Shown here in pieces: positions 29,587 through 40,709 of a stretch of DNA of 64,000 bases. The notes beneath the pieces are model-generated. The model saw only the letters and a list, made by a program, of their open reading frames with translations, did no database searches and was not told the DNA's origin. Each line of letters starts with the position of its first letter. Position 1 is the first letter of the stretch. Position numbers and translations under genes: made by a program. This DNA comes from an uncultured Anaerolineaceae bacterium (GTDB lineage: Bacteria > Chloroflexota > Anaerolineae > Anaerolineales > UBA11579): NCBI GenBank assembly GCA_964371335.1, contig CAYJMC010000003.1, positions 41,962 through 105,961 on the forward strand, read 5' to 3'.

Positions 29587-30735
29587 TTAGACCTTCTTGA
29601 GTCCCTGCTCTAAGTCGGCAATTAAATCTTCCACATGCTCCACGCCCACCGAAAGCCGCACTAAGCCTGGGCTCACCTCCAGCGGCGACCCAGCCGTCGA
29701 GAGGTGGGTCATAGCGGCGGGTACCTCTATCAGCGACTCTACGCCTCCCAATGACTCCGCCAGGGCGAAGATGCGCGTACCTTCGGCTACTCTGCGAGCA
29801 GCGCCTCCCCCACCCTTCAATTCGAAAGACACCATGCCGCCGCCATTGCGCATCTGCTTCCGCGCCAATTCGCGTTGTGGATGTGAATTATGGAATGGGT
29901 AGTAGACCTTGCTCACCTTCGGGTACGCCACCAGGAACTCGGCAACCGCGGCCGCGTTGGTCGCGTGGCGGTCCATGCGCAAGTGCAATGTTTTGATGCC
30001 GCGCAAGATGAGGAAGCAATCCATCGGCCCTGGAACCGCTCCAGCCGCGTTCTGCAAAAAGAGCAATCGCTCGTACAGTTTGTCTTCGTTCAAAGCGATA
30101 AGGCCAAGCACGGCGTCTGAATGCCCGCCTAGATATTTTGTTGCCGAATGCACCACGACGTCCGCGCCCAACTTCAGCGGCTGCTGTAAATAAGGAGTGG
30201 CAAAGGTATTGTCGACAACCAGCAATGGTTTTGTGGAATGCGCCTTTGATATGTTCGCAATTGCAGCCAGATCGGCAATGCCTAAATATGGATTCGTCGG
30301 CGTCTCCAGCCACAGCATTCGGGTCTTCGGTGTCAGCGCCGCCTTAATCGCTGCCGGATCAGCCACGTTCACATAGCCAAACTCCAGCCCAAACCGTGTG
30401 TATTCCTTGTCGAACAGCCTAAATGTGCCGCCGTACACGTCACCGGCCACTAACACGTGGTCCCCGGGGTTGAAGGTGCGGATGATGGTGTCAATGGCTG
30501 CCATCCCGGAGGCAAATGCCAGCCCATGCTTCGCACCTTCCAATGCGGCAATGCTTTCCTGCAGCGCCGTGCGCGTTGGGTTGCCGGTGCGCGAGTACTC
30601 GTAGCCCTTGTGCCTGCCGACGCCCACTTGAGCATAGGTGGATGTTTGGTAGATGGGGGTCATTACCGCGCCCGTTTCCGGGTCTGGCGGCTGCCCGGCG
30701 TGGATAGCTAGCGTCTCAAAATGGTCTTCGGCCAT
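29587..30735 (-). CDS. cystathionine gamma-lyase/gamma-synthase family PLP enzyme (trans-sulfuration)
   Basis: FETLAIHAG, YSRTGNPT, and SATKYLGGHSD with the PLP lysine. The start is set to ATG 30735 (MAEDHFETL). The track extension to 30888 is non-homologous. Confidence 0.9.
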   Translation of the reverse strand: MAEDHFETLAIHAGQPPDPETGAVMTPIYQTSTYAQVGVGRHKGYEYSRTGNPTRTALQESIAALEGAKHGLAFASGMAAIDTIIRTFNPGDHVLVAGDVYGGTFRLFDKEYTRFGLEFGYVNVADPAAIKAALTPKTRMLWLETPTNPYLGIADLAAIANISKAHSTKPLLVVDNTFATPYLQQPLKLGADVVVHSATKYLGGHSDAVLGLIALNEDKLYERLLFLQNAAGAVPGPMDCFLILRGIKTLHLRMDRHATNAAAVAEFLVAYPKVSKVYYPFHNSHPQRELARKQMRNGGGMVSFELKGGGGAARRVAEGTRIFALAESLGGVESLIEVPAAMTHLSTAGSPLEVSPGLVRLSVGVEHVEDLIADLEQGLKKV

Positions 30736-30873
30736 GGATACCTCGCTGGAATTGTAATCCAGCCCTTTCGTGTGGCGATATGGAGATACCGTAGCCTTAT
30801 AGTGAAACTTGCACAAAAAATAGCAGGGGTTTTGCAGGATTTTTGATGTGCAACGTGAATTAAAATCACGTGG

Positions 30874-31848
30874 ATGGATTCCAAACACGACGTTGTAACC
30901 CCGCCAGATCAGAGATTTCCCGCCAAGGATGCTGCGGGCATGGCCATTCTGGGCGGCCTGCTGCTGGCGCCTTTGTTGTATGCAGCGCCTTTGCTTGGCT
31001 GGGACTGGTTCATGGTGTATTTTGAAAACAAAGAGTCGTTGTTCTGGTATCCGCCCTGGACCAGTTTGATAACCAGCCCCTTGGCACTCGCGCTTCCGTG
31101 GCGTTGGGGGCTGGCAATCTCCAACGGGCTCACGCTGTCGGCTGTAGCTGTTGTTACTTTGCGCGAAAGTGGCGCAAATAATCGCTGGGGTTATGTGGGG
31201 GCAGCCTTAGCAATCCTCACACCTCCCATCGCGGTGCTATTGTGGGCAGGCCAGGTGGATGGTTGGGGGTTAATCGGCTATCTGCTCCTGCCCTGGGGCG
31301 TGCCGCTACTGCTAGTAAAGCCAACCATTGGAGCTTTCGCCCTTCTGGCACGCAAGAGCTGGTTCCTTGCCGGTTTGATCTTTGCCCTGATTACTTTTCT
31401 CGTTTGGCCGGGCTGGCCGGCCCAACTCATTGGCATCCACGTAGTCGGGGAATTCGATCATATGGCATCCATGGGATGGTACAAACTGAGCTGGCCGATT
31501 GCGTTGTTGGGTTTGGTGTTGATGCTGTTTACCAATCGCAAAGATCCGATGCACCTGATGGCCGCGGGGGTGTTCCTGATGCCATATGTATTTCCATATC
31601 ATCTTGTGCTTTTGCTGCCTACGCTGGGGCGTTTTACTTATCTCCGCCAATTGTTACTGTGGCTGTGCGTTTGGTTGATGGCGCTGCCGTTTGCTCTTGG
31701 CAGCCAATGGGCATGGTCAGGTTATGTATTTCCTTTGGTGGTTTGGTTTTTGCTTTGGCAAGAGGCGCCGAAAGAATCTACCTGGTGGGCCTTATTGCGG
31801 CGGCTTACCGGCAAATTTCAGGAACGGATGACAAGACAAAAAAAGTAA
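30874..31848 (+). CDS. polytopic integral membrane protein, unknown function
   Basis: 8-9 hydrophobic segments. I recognised no motif. Confidence 0.5.
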   Translation: MDSKHDVVTPPDQRFPAKDAAGMAILGGLLLAPLLYAAPLLGWDWFMVYFENKESLFWYPPWTSLITSPLALALPWRWGLAISNGLTLSAVAVVTLRESGANNRWGYVGAALAILTPPIAVLLWAGQVDGWGLIGYLLLPWGVPLLLVKPTIGAFALLARKSWFLAGLIFALITFLVWPGWPAQLIGIHVVGEFDHMASMGWYKLSWPIALLGLVLMLFTNRKDPMHLMAAGVFLMPYVFPYHLVLLLPTLGRFTYLRQLLLWLCVWLMALPFALGSQWAWSGYVFPLVVWFLLWQEAPKESTWWALLRRLTGKFQERMTRQKK

Positions 31849-31905
31849 TCGATAACATTCCCCCCCAAGGGCTCTTCCTCTTTCATCCTCGTACCGATAC
31901 CTGCG

Positions 31906-32235
31906 CTATCCCCATCCTCCCAACAATAGCCACACTCCCGCGCCCCAAAACAGCAACACAGTCACATACCCCCAAAACGCCGCCCATTTCCCCTCGATCT
32001 TTCGGCTCAAATCCTTTACCAGGGCCTGGCGCCGCCACACAACCACCCAGCCGGCCATCCCCAGGATGAATGCCATTCCGGCATAGATAAGGTTGCCCGT
32101 ATTCGGGTCAATGCCGCCGGGGAAACCGGTGTCGGCAATTACGTAAGCCAGTCCCAAGAAAGCAAAGGCAGCCAGGGTAATTAACACAATCAGCAGCGCA
32201 ACCGGTGTCTGGTCCAAAAACTTCATTTTCACCAC
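31906..32235 (-). CDS. small membrane protein (3 TM helices)
   Basis: Hydrophobic 109-aa ORF with coding-like composition. Confidence 0.45.
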   Translation of the reverse strand: MVKMKFLDQTPVALLIVLITLAAFAFLGLAYVIADTGFPGGIDPNTGNLIYAGMAFILGMAGWVVVWRRQALVKDLSRKIEGKWAAFWGYVTVLLFWGAGVWLLLGGWG

Positions 32236-32323
32236 TGGTTAGAACGATATTGTCAGTCATTGATTACACGCTTAATCATTTTCATTATTCCCTTATTCCC
32301 TTCTTAATGATTACCCTCGTTCT

Positions 32324-32836
32324 TTGGGTAAAAGGGCAACACCAGTAACAAATAACCATGTCCCTGCTTCATCCCTCCGCTATAATCGCACAGCCTTGGC
32401 CTCCGACATCTTTTTCACCGACGCCAGTGAAGCCCCCTTGCTGCCCGCCGAGGTCCGCATCCGCACCCTGGATGCAGACCCGCGGCCTGATGGCGTCCGC
32501 GTCGACGTCCGCCTGGAGCTCACGCCATTCCTGCAGCGCCCCAACATCGAAGTATCTGTCACGAACGCGACCGGCCGCGAAGTAACCAGCCTCAGCGTGG
32601 TGGAAGCCATCGAGCCTAAGATGGATTTCACTATGCACCTGCGCGAACGAGAGACTGGTGGCCGCTACAAACTGGCGGTGCAGGTCTTTTACGCCGATGT
32701 GGAATCCAAAGCGCCGCCCAACGGCGTACTGTCTTCCAGTGGCGGACAACCCTCTGCAGGCGAGATCCTGAAGAAAGCCAAACAAATCGTGGATCAGCGC
32801 GAACTCCATTTCGAGATAACCGCTAGTAATAAATAA
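32324..32836 (+). CDS. hypothetical protein
   Basis: 170-aa ORF with no recognised motif. A possible leaderless TTG start at 32396 lies 9 nt after TATAAT at 32381-32386. Confidence 0.45.
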   Translation: MGKRATPVTNNHVPASSLRYNRTALASDIFFTDASEAPLLPAEVRIRTLDADPRPDGVRVDVRLELTPFLQRPNIEVSVTNATGREVTSLSVVEAIEPKMDFTMHLRERETGGRYKLAVQVFYADVESKAPPNGVLSSSGGQPSAGEILKKAKQIVDQRELHFEITASNK

Positions 32837-32890
32837 CCAGTGCGAGACGCAAGCCAGTTGGCGTGTTTCTTGCTTTAATTAGCTTCCTGC

Positions 32891-34660
32891 ATGCTGCCCC
32901 CCGAACCCGACCTCCCATCCGCTCCTTCCTGGCGAATCCGCGTGCTACGCGGCGTGATTATCCTTGCCGCGCTCGGTGCGGCAGTCGTCGCATTATTGGG
33001 TTCGCCCTGGCTCAGCCAGCTTTTGTGGCCTGGCAGCGGCAATGCGGAAGGTTCCGTATTGCAACTCACCGCAACTCCCACGGCCTTTCAGCCAACAACC
33101 ACTTCAACCCTCACCGCGACCCTCGCACCGACCGCCACTGCGCTCCAGCCGTTTGAGGCCGGCGGTGCCACATCACTCGACGGGTTGATGATTGTCAGTC
33201 TCTCAGAGCGAGGTTACGCACATCTCTACAGCCACCAGTTTCTCGGGCAGCCATTCACGCGCCTGACCTACGGCGCCTGGGATGACATCCATCCTTCGCT
33301 CAGTCCCAGTGGAGAGCAGATCGCTTTCGTCTCCAACCGCGGCGGGGCCTGGGATCTGTACGCGCTCGACTTGTTCAGCGGCCGCACCACGCAACTCACG
33401 GACGACGCCGAATATGATGGCCGCCCTTCCTGGTCGCCGGATGGCACCTGGTTGGGGTACGAACATTACGCTAACGGCGATCTGGAGATTTTCATCCAGC
33501 CCCTGGATGGTTCGGTGGACCCGGTGCGCATTTCCGCGGGCAACGGGGCCGATTACGCGCCCGCCTGGCGGCCTGGTGCACAGCAGCTTGCCTTCATTTC
33601 CGATCGCAGCGGCATTGCGCAAATTTGGCTGGTCGATCTCGAACAAGATGGCGACGCGCGTTTTCAACCCGTTACTGAAAGCGCCAATTCGCAGAATTCT
33701 CCCGCCTGGTCGCCCGATGGCGCCTGGCTGGCCTGGTCCCAAATGGACGATGGTGCTTGGACCATTTATGCCCAAAATGTCGGCGATTCCGATTCGGCGC
33801 CGCGGCGCATCGGCCTCGGCGAAGAGCCGCGCTGGTCTTTCTCCGGCACCGCCCTCCTTGCCGGGTTGCGCACGCCCAACGAAACCTATCTCACCGCCTA
33901 TACATTGAGCGGCGGCCTGACACTGGCCCCCGAATTGATGCCAGGCCACCTGGATGGCGTCGCCTGGGGCGCGGGCGCCCTCCCCGACCCGCTGCCCGAT
34001 GCGATGAGTTCCGCGGCTGAAGTTATTCCCACAACAGTTGATCCCGCCGCCTTTGGCGACTCTATTGCTGAACTCAGCGATGTGAACGCGCCCTTCGAAG
34101 AACTCAACGAAGCCGCGCTGCCCGCCTTCGGTGCGCTTCGTGCTCGCGCGGCGCAGCTCCTGGGATGGGATGCGCTCTCCGAATTGTCGAACGCCTTCGT
34201 TCCGCTGGACCAGCCGCTGCCGCCTGCGCGCCAGCAAGATTGGCTCTACACCGGCCGCGCCTTCGAACTGCACGGCGGCCTGCTGGGCGCGGGTTGGATG
34301 GCCATCGTGCGCGAAGAATTCGCAGGCGAAACTTATTGGCGCGTCTACCTGAAGGCCGCCGGCGACCTCGGCCGCCCACTAAGCGAACTTCCCTGGGATC
34401 TCAGCGCGCGCTACTCGGGAACGGAAAGCGATTACCAGGCTGGCGGAGAGCCGGCCGAATCCCTGCCCGCCGGCACCTGGCTGGATTTCACCGCCCTGGC
34501 TGCCGACCATGGTTTCGAACGCGTACCCGCATTGAGCAACTGGCGCAGTTATTACCAGGGTGCGCTGTTCAATCTCTTCGTGTTGCGCGCCGGCCTCACT
34601 TGGGAAGAGGCTATGTTGCAAATCTATTCGCCCGAAGAGCTGGCAACCATCCAACCATAA
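32891..34660 (+). CDS. TolB-like (PD40/WD40-like beta-propeller) protein with N-terminal TM anchor and C-terminal domain of unknown function
   Basis: Repeated SPSGEQIAFVSNRGG / SWSPDGTWL / APAWRPGAQQLAFISDRSG / SPAWSPDGAWLAW blades. Confidence 0.75.
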   Translation: MLPPEPDLPSAPSWRIRVLRGVIILAALGAAVVALLGSPWLSQLLWPGSGNAEGSVLQLTATPTAFQPTTTSTLTATLAPTATALQPFEAGGATSLDGLMIVSLSERGYAHLYSHQFLGQPFTRLTYGAWDDIHPSLSPSGEQIAFVSNRGGAWDLYALDLFSGRTTQLTDDAEYDGRPSWSPDGTWLGYEHYANGDLEIFIQPLDGSVDPVRISAGNGADYAPAWRPGAQQLAFISDRSGIAQIWLVDLEQDGDARFQPVTESANSQNSPAWSPDGAWLAWSQMDDGAWTIYAQNVGDSDSAPRRIGLGEEPRWSFSGTALLAGLRTPNETYLTAYTLSGGLTLAPELMPGHLDGVAWGAGALPDPLPDAMSSAAEVIPTTVDPAAFGDSIAELSDVNAPFEELNEAALPAFGALRARAAQLLGWDALSELSNAFVPLDQPLPPARQQDWLYTGRAFELHGGLLGAGWMAIVREEFAGETYWRVYLKAAGDLGRPLSELPWDLSARYSGTESDYQAGGEPAESLPAGTWLDFTALAADHGFERVPALSNWRSYYQGALFNLFVLRAGLTWEEAMLQIYSPEELATIQP

Positions 34661-34695
34661 TCGTAGCAATGAATTCCCCAAAAAAGGAACCAAGT

Positions 34696-34860
34696 CTTGC
34701 CATTCTGAGCAGCCTTCCCGCGTTTGCGGGAAGACGTCGCGAAGAATCCATCCTTATCGTCGCTTTCAAATCAAGCTCGATTTTTAAATTGACGTATCGG
34801 TGGATTCTTCGCGGGCGCACGGCTGGCTACGCCCGCCTTAGCTGGCTCAGAATGGCAAAA
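34696..34860. repeat. Family B palindromic element
   Basis: cttgccattctgagcagcc...gtcgcgaagaatccatcc...ggtggattcttcgcg...gctcagaatggcaaaag. The right terminus contains the ATG of the next gene. Confidence 0.75.
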
Positions 34861-35973
34861 GCGAGTTGGTTTTGCCATTCTGTATTGATACTGCTTGCGA
34901 TCCTAATCTCCTCCTGCGCCCCTCCCCCTATCGCCTCAGTTCCTCTGCCCAGCTCCACCGTTCCTTTACTGCCGACTGCGACTCCCTCATTGTCTCCGAC
35001 TGAGACCAGCACTCCAATCTTTACCCCCTGGCCAACCTACGAAATCCCCACCCTGGCGCCCTTCCCGCTCAGCGCAGAGGATTTCGATCCCGACACGCTG
35101 CCGGTCACCGGCGGATTCCCGTCATCCTTCGCCTCGCCCCTGGCGCTAAGCGAGCACGATCACTTTTACTTTTCCAAACCCATCGCCAACGCCGATTACT
35201 GGCTGCTGATCCCCTCGCAGCGCTATGGCGTCATCCAGGAAGCGGGCGAATTGCAGAACGAGCACCTCGGCACCGATATTGGCGCTTACCTCGCCACCCG
35301 CGTTTATGCCGCCGCCGAAGGCGAGGTGATCTGGGCCGATTATGGGCTGCTCTATAACTCGGTGAATTACCTCGAAGACCCCTATGGCATCGCCGTGGTC
35401 ATCCGCCACGATTTTGGCTGGAATGGTGAGCGGCTCTACACCGTTTACGCACACCTCTCCGAAACCAAAGTGAAAAAGGGCGACCGCGTGGAGCGCGGCG
35501 ACATCATCGGCCTCACCGGCATGACCGGCCTCACCACCGGTCCCCACTTGCATTTGGAGGTGCGCCTGGGTGGCAACACCATTTATTTCACGCGCAACCC
35601 GGAACTATGGGTCGTGCCGCCCGAGGGCTACGGCGTGCTGGTGGGCCGCGTGGCCAGCCGCACCGACGCCGTGCTGTTAAACCGCCTGGTAGAGGTGACC
35701 AACCTGGACACCGGCAAAAAATGGACTAGCTACACCTACGCCAGCGAATTCAAGCTCCTGCCCGACGACTATTACCTCGAAAACTTCGTACTGGGAGACC
35801 TACCTGCCGGCCGCTACGAGATCGCGATCCCCTACATCAGCGTCTGGCGCCGCGTCGAGGTTGAGGTGAAGCCGGGCGCGGTTACCTATTTCCACTTCAA
35901 GGGCACAGATGGCTACAGCTTTGATTTGCCGGAGGAAATTCCGCCTCTAAATGTCCCGGGTACGCAAAATTAA
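34852..35973 (+). CDS. M23 family metallopeptidase lipoprotein
   Basis: MAKASWFCHSVLILLAILISSC signal peptide with lipobox, then the M23 motifs HLGTDI and GLTTGPHLHLEV. The track ORF from 34165 overlaps the TolB-like gene and the repeat, so the start is set to ATG 34852. Confidence 0.8.
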   Translation: MAKASWFCHSVLILLAILISSCAPPPIASVPLPSSTVPLLPTATPSLSPTETSTPIFTPWPTYEIPTLAPFPLSAEDFDPDTLPVTGGFPSSFASPLALSEHDHFYFSKPIANADYWLLIPSQRYGVIQEAGELQNEHLGTDIGAYLATRVYAAAEGEVIWADYGLLYNSVNYLEDPYGIAVVIRHDFGWNGERLYTVYAHLSETKVKKGDRVERGDIIGLTGMTGLTTGPHLHLEVRLGGNTIYFTRNPELWVVPPEGYGVLVGRVASRTDAVLLNRLVEVTNLDTGKKWTSYTYASEFKLLPDDYYLENFVLGDLPAGRYEIAIPYISVWRRVEVEVKPGAVTYFHFKGTDGYSFDLPEEIPPLNVPGTQN

Positions 35974-35990
35974 GAAGCGCAAAAGCGCTT

Positions 35991-36284
35991 TTATTTTTTC
36001 TTCTCGTCCCCCTCGATTGCCCTCAGCAGCGCCTCTTCCTCCAGCGTCGTCAGGTACTCCTCTTCGATGGTTTTGGTTGGCCGCAGCACCAGGTAAATGA
36101 TCACCCCGGGGATAAACAGCACCACGGACACCAACACCGCCAACGCCCGCTGCAGCGGCTCCCGCAGTCTGGACTTTGCATCTCGCCAGGTCCAAAAGAT
36201 TAGACTGGCCCATAGCGCCAGCAAAAATGCCGCGCCCCAAAATGTGAGTGCCGTAGCCAGACCGCTGAAAGTTTCAATATCCAT
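35991..36284 (-). CDS. small membrane protein, PLDc_N-like
   Basis: Two TM helices with WTWRDAKSR between them and an acidic coiled tail. Confidence 0.5.
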   Translation of the reverse strand: MDIETFSGLATALTFWGAAFLLALWASLIFWTWRDAKSRLREPLQRALAVLVSVVLFIPGVIIYLVLRPTKTIEEEYLTTLEEEALLRAIEGDEKKK

Positions 36285-36300
36285 CGCCGCGGATTATAAA

Positions 36301-36398
36301 GGAAGTCGGGAGGTCAAGGGTCTGGAGGTCGAGAGGTCTTTGGTGATAACCGATGGACATCAGGACATCGAGACTTCAGGACATCAAGACTTCAAGGC
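36301..36398. repeat. two blocks of degenerate short tandem repeats (GGAGGTCRAG; GACATCRAGACTTCAG)
   Basis: ggaagtcgggaggtcaagggtctggaggtcgagaggtc, then ggacatcaggacatcgagacttcaggacatcaagacttcaagg, in a divergent promoter region. Confidence 0.65.
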
Positions 36399-36500
36399 AT
36401 TTTTTGACGTTACGCCCTTCCCATGTTACACTTTCGGCGCTTCGCAGAATCAGGCGCTCTCTTGGAGGGCGTCTTTTACTGTGAGCAGGTAACTCGCGTA

Positions 36501-37480
36501 ATGGATATCCTCATCACCGGTTCAGTCGCTTACGACTACCTGATGACCTTCCCGGGGTTCTTCAAAGAACACCTACTCGCCGAGCACCTCGAAAAAATCA
36601 GCCTTTCCTTCCTGGTCGAAACCCTCATCCGCCGGCGCGGCGGAATTGCCCCCAACATCGCCTACACTCTGGCGCTGCTGGGCGCCCGACCTCGCGTGCT
36701 GGCTACCGTGGGCGAAGACTTCGAGGAATATCGCGCCTGGCTGGAAGAGCAAGGTGTGGACACGCTCAATATCAAAGTGGTGCCGGGCAAATACACCGCC
36801 TCCTACTTCTGCACCACCGACAAAACCAACGCGCAAGTCGCCAGCTTCTATCCAGGCGCCATGGCGCACGCCATCGAACTATCGCTGCACGAGCTGGCCG
36901 GAGGCAAGCCCGACCTGGTCGTCGTTTCTCCTAATGAGCCGGCCGCCATGGAGCGCACCATTCGGGAATGTAAAGAACTGGGTATCGCCTATATCTACGA
37001 CCCCAGCCAGCAGATCATCCGCTTCGAAGGTGACATATTGCGCCGCGGTGTAGAAGGCGCCCGCGCCCTTTTTGTCAACGAATACGAGTTCGAACTGATC
37101 AAAGACAAGACACGCATGAGCGTTGAGGACATCATGTCGCTGCTCGAGTTCATGGTGGTCACCCTGGGGCCGCAGGGCGCCACCGTTTATCACAACGGCC
37201 TGCAGACCTCAGTAGAAGCCGTGCCCACCGACAACATCGTCGACCCTACCGGCGGCGGGGATGCGTTCCGCGGCGGCTTTCTTACCGGTTACCGGCTGGG
37301 CCTGGATTGGCAGACCTGCGCCCGCCTGGGATCGCTGGCTGCCACCTTCTGCCTGGAAAATGACGGCCCGCAGGCGCATCACTTCACCCGCGAAGAATTC
37401 CTGGCGCGCTACCGCCAGTTCTACGACGACGGCGGGAAACTCAATGTCCTTCTGCAAAGTCAGCAACCTTCTATTGCCAC

Positions 37481-37484
<4 letters not shown>
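36501..37484 (+). CDS. PfkB-family carbohydrate/nucleoside kinase (adenosine kinase candidate)
   Basis: MDILITGSVAYDY start, GGIAPNIAY, and the C-terminal DPTGGGDAFRGG motif. It lies directly upstream of ahcY. Confidence 0.8.
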
Positions 37485-38813
<1,329 letters not shown>

Positions 38814-38818
38814 CAAAT

Positions 38819-38855
38819 AAGCGCCTGGCTAATGCCAGGCGCCTTGTTATTTTTC
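38819..38855. terminator. rho-independent terminator between convergent genes
   Basis: Stem gcgcctggc, loop taat, stem gccaggcgc, followed by cttgttattttt. Confidence 0.7.
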
Positions 38856-38865
38856 CGTACGCTCG

Positions 38866-40662
38866 TCATCGCAGTGTGCACTCCACAGCCCGATAGACAC
38901 TCAGTGTTGGCGTCACGATCGTGCACCTCGCCACGGGGAAGATGACACGCAGCTCGCCCAGACTTTTTTCGGGGTAGGACAGGAAGAAATACACCCGAGG
39001 TTCCGTGATCGAGGCCATGTTGCTGACTGTCTCGTACTCGATCTCGTAAGTTTCCAGATAAGTGGTGAGCGCGAAATCGTAGCGAGTATTGTTGCCGTCA
39101 ATCAGAACCGGGATGGCTGGATCGGCTCGATCGGAGAATTCATTGATCACGTCGCGGACGGAATAACGGTCCAAATAAACACTGGCCGCAAGTCGCTCGT
39201 CCCGGTATTCAACGAAGTCCACATTTTCGGTGACCAAAACCTGTCGGATCAAAGTGGAGATGTTCCCATAGTATAGGAAGAAAGCCGCAGTCGCATAAAC
39301 GAAGAGCATAAATATTAGGGCGATTTCAATCCACTTCTTTCCTGATTTCGAGATCGCAGTAAACAGGTTGTGCAAGCCCAGCGTCGCCAACAGGAAGAAA
39401 GCGGGCATGCAAAAAAGGAAAGTTCTTGGTGGAGGGTCATCACCCCGCGCCATGCTAAGCAAAAAGGGCAGAAGGATGCTGGACCCCAAAAAAACAGAAG
39501 ACGCTAAGATTTCCTTTCTTCGTTTTGTAGAGATAAAAATACCCGTCAGCAAACCGGCGAGAGCTAATCCGAACACCAGCCAGCGGTTGGAACCAAAGGC
39601 GGAAAAGACTTCTATGAAACTATGTGTGAAGGCAGTTCCCTGTAAGAAGCCAATCGTGACGATGTATTTGTTATCCAAAACATCGTGGAGGATGGGTAAA
39701 TAGAAAACTACAGCAAGCAGACAACCCAATACGATCAAAATACAAATGGACAGGGCGGGATTTAGAACGTAAATATCATCTCTCTTCAAGGATATCTTGC
39801 CGGGAGAGGAACGCAGAGCCAAAAGCCCCGCCAGACCAAAATAGATTAACAGTCCGCCAAGCAAATAAAGATTCGAGGGCATGGTATAGAGCAACAGAGT
39901 ACAGAAAACTAAAATCACGGCGCCCGTTGCTAGGGTTGGACGATTCTTGTATTGAAGGATAGCCAAAAGCAATACGGAAACAAATAAGAGCGATGGCGCG
40001 TAACCGCGCACTTGGGCGGCAAAGTTTAGAAACGCAATAGTCGTCGTCCACAGAATCACAATAATGATGCTGGCATATCTTCCGATGAATCGATGCGCGG
40101 TAAAGGCGGCAACCGCAACGGCGGCAAGGCTGAACAATAAATAGAAAATGCGCAATATCTCGGGGGTCTGAAGCACATGAAGCAAATCCTTGGCGCCTAG
40201 TAACTGGAGATATATCCCCGAAAGGGCGTTTATAAAGACGTGATTATTGGGGACCGGATACCAGAAGAGGGCCCTGTCCATGGTTGTGACGATGTGTCTC
40301 CGGATCGAAATTAGCTCATCCAGCCAAAAATCCAGATGAAGGCGCTTGGTCGTGATCAAATACATAAAAGGCAGAGCCACAATCAGATTAGCCCCGATCA
40401 GGAACGCATTCTGCCTTAAGGTCTGAACTAAGGAGACGAAGCGGCTGCGCCGCTCAACGGCATACAGTATAAAGACAGCCAGGGACAGGGCAATGGAAAG
40501 ATAATAGAGGGGTCTGAGCAATAACAGTACATATTGAGTGTTAAAGAGATCGGCAAAGAATGAACTGGGGATCACACCCCGAAGGCCAAAGAGGCCGAAA
40601 ATCAGGGCTGGCCAAGCCAACCAAAGAAAGACATTCAGGCGGTTAATCAGAATGGCTTTCAT
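38866..40662 (-). CDS. large polytopic membrane protein, GT-C-fold glycosyltransferase-like (ArnT/PMT-like)
   Basis: About 13 TM helices, a first-loop DE motif (FWLDELISI), a soluble C-terminal domain, and visibly AT-richer sequence than the surroundings. Confidence 0.45.
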   Translation of the reverse strand: MKAILINRLNVFLWLAWPALIFGLFGLRGVIPSSFFADLFNTQYVLLLLRPLYYLSIALSLAVFILYAVERRSRFVSLVQTLRQNAFLIGANLIVALPFMYLITTKRLHLDFWLDELISIRRHIVTTMDRALFWYPVPNNHVFINALSGIYLQLLGAKDLLHVLQTPEILRIFYLLFSLAAVAVAAFTAHRFIGRYASIIIVILWTTTIAFLNFAAQVRGYAPSLLFVSVLLLAILQYKNRPTLATGAVILVFCTLLLYTMPSNLYLLGGLLIYFGLAGLLALRSSPGKISLKRDDIYVLNPALSICILIVLGCLLAVVFYLPILHDVLDNKYIVTIGFLQGTAFTHSFIEVFSAFGSNRWLVFGLALAGLLTGIFISTKRRKEILASSVFLGSSILLPFLLSMARGDDPPPRTFLFCMPAFFLLATLGLHNLFTAISKSGKKWIEIALIFMLFVYATAAFFLYYGNISTLIRQVLVTENVDFVEYRDERLAASVYLDRYSVRDVINEFSDRADPAIPVLIDGNNTRYDFALTTYLETYEIEYETVSNMASITEPRVYFFLSYPEKSLGELRVIFPVARCTIVTPTLSVYRAVECTLR

Positions 40663-40709
40663 TGCTTTCGCCGGCTTTCCTGAGTAATCCCCCAGCGCCC
40701 ATCAAGCTT

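Noticed and set aside
33203-34273. 356-aa minus-strand ORF
   Set aside because: It lies entirely antisense to the TolB-like beta-propeller gene, has Arg/Gly-rich low-complexity translation, and has no RBS.
34165-34851. N-terminal 229 codons of the 602-aa track ORF
   Set aside because: This part overlaps the TolB-like gene in another frame and then reads through a family B repeat. The peptidase signal peptide begins at 34852.
36301-36398. Possible CRISPR array (also considered for 62789-62854, 63491-63532 and 37481-37532)
   Set aside because: The repeat units are 8-18 nt and directly abutting, with no unique spacers of about 30 nt. There are no cas genes in the window.
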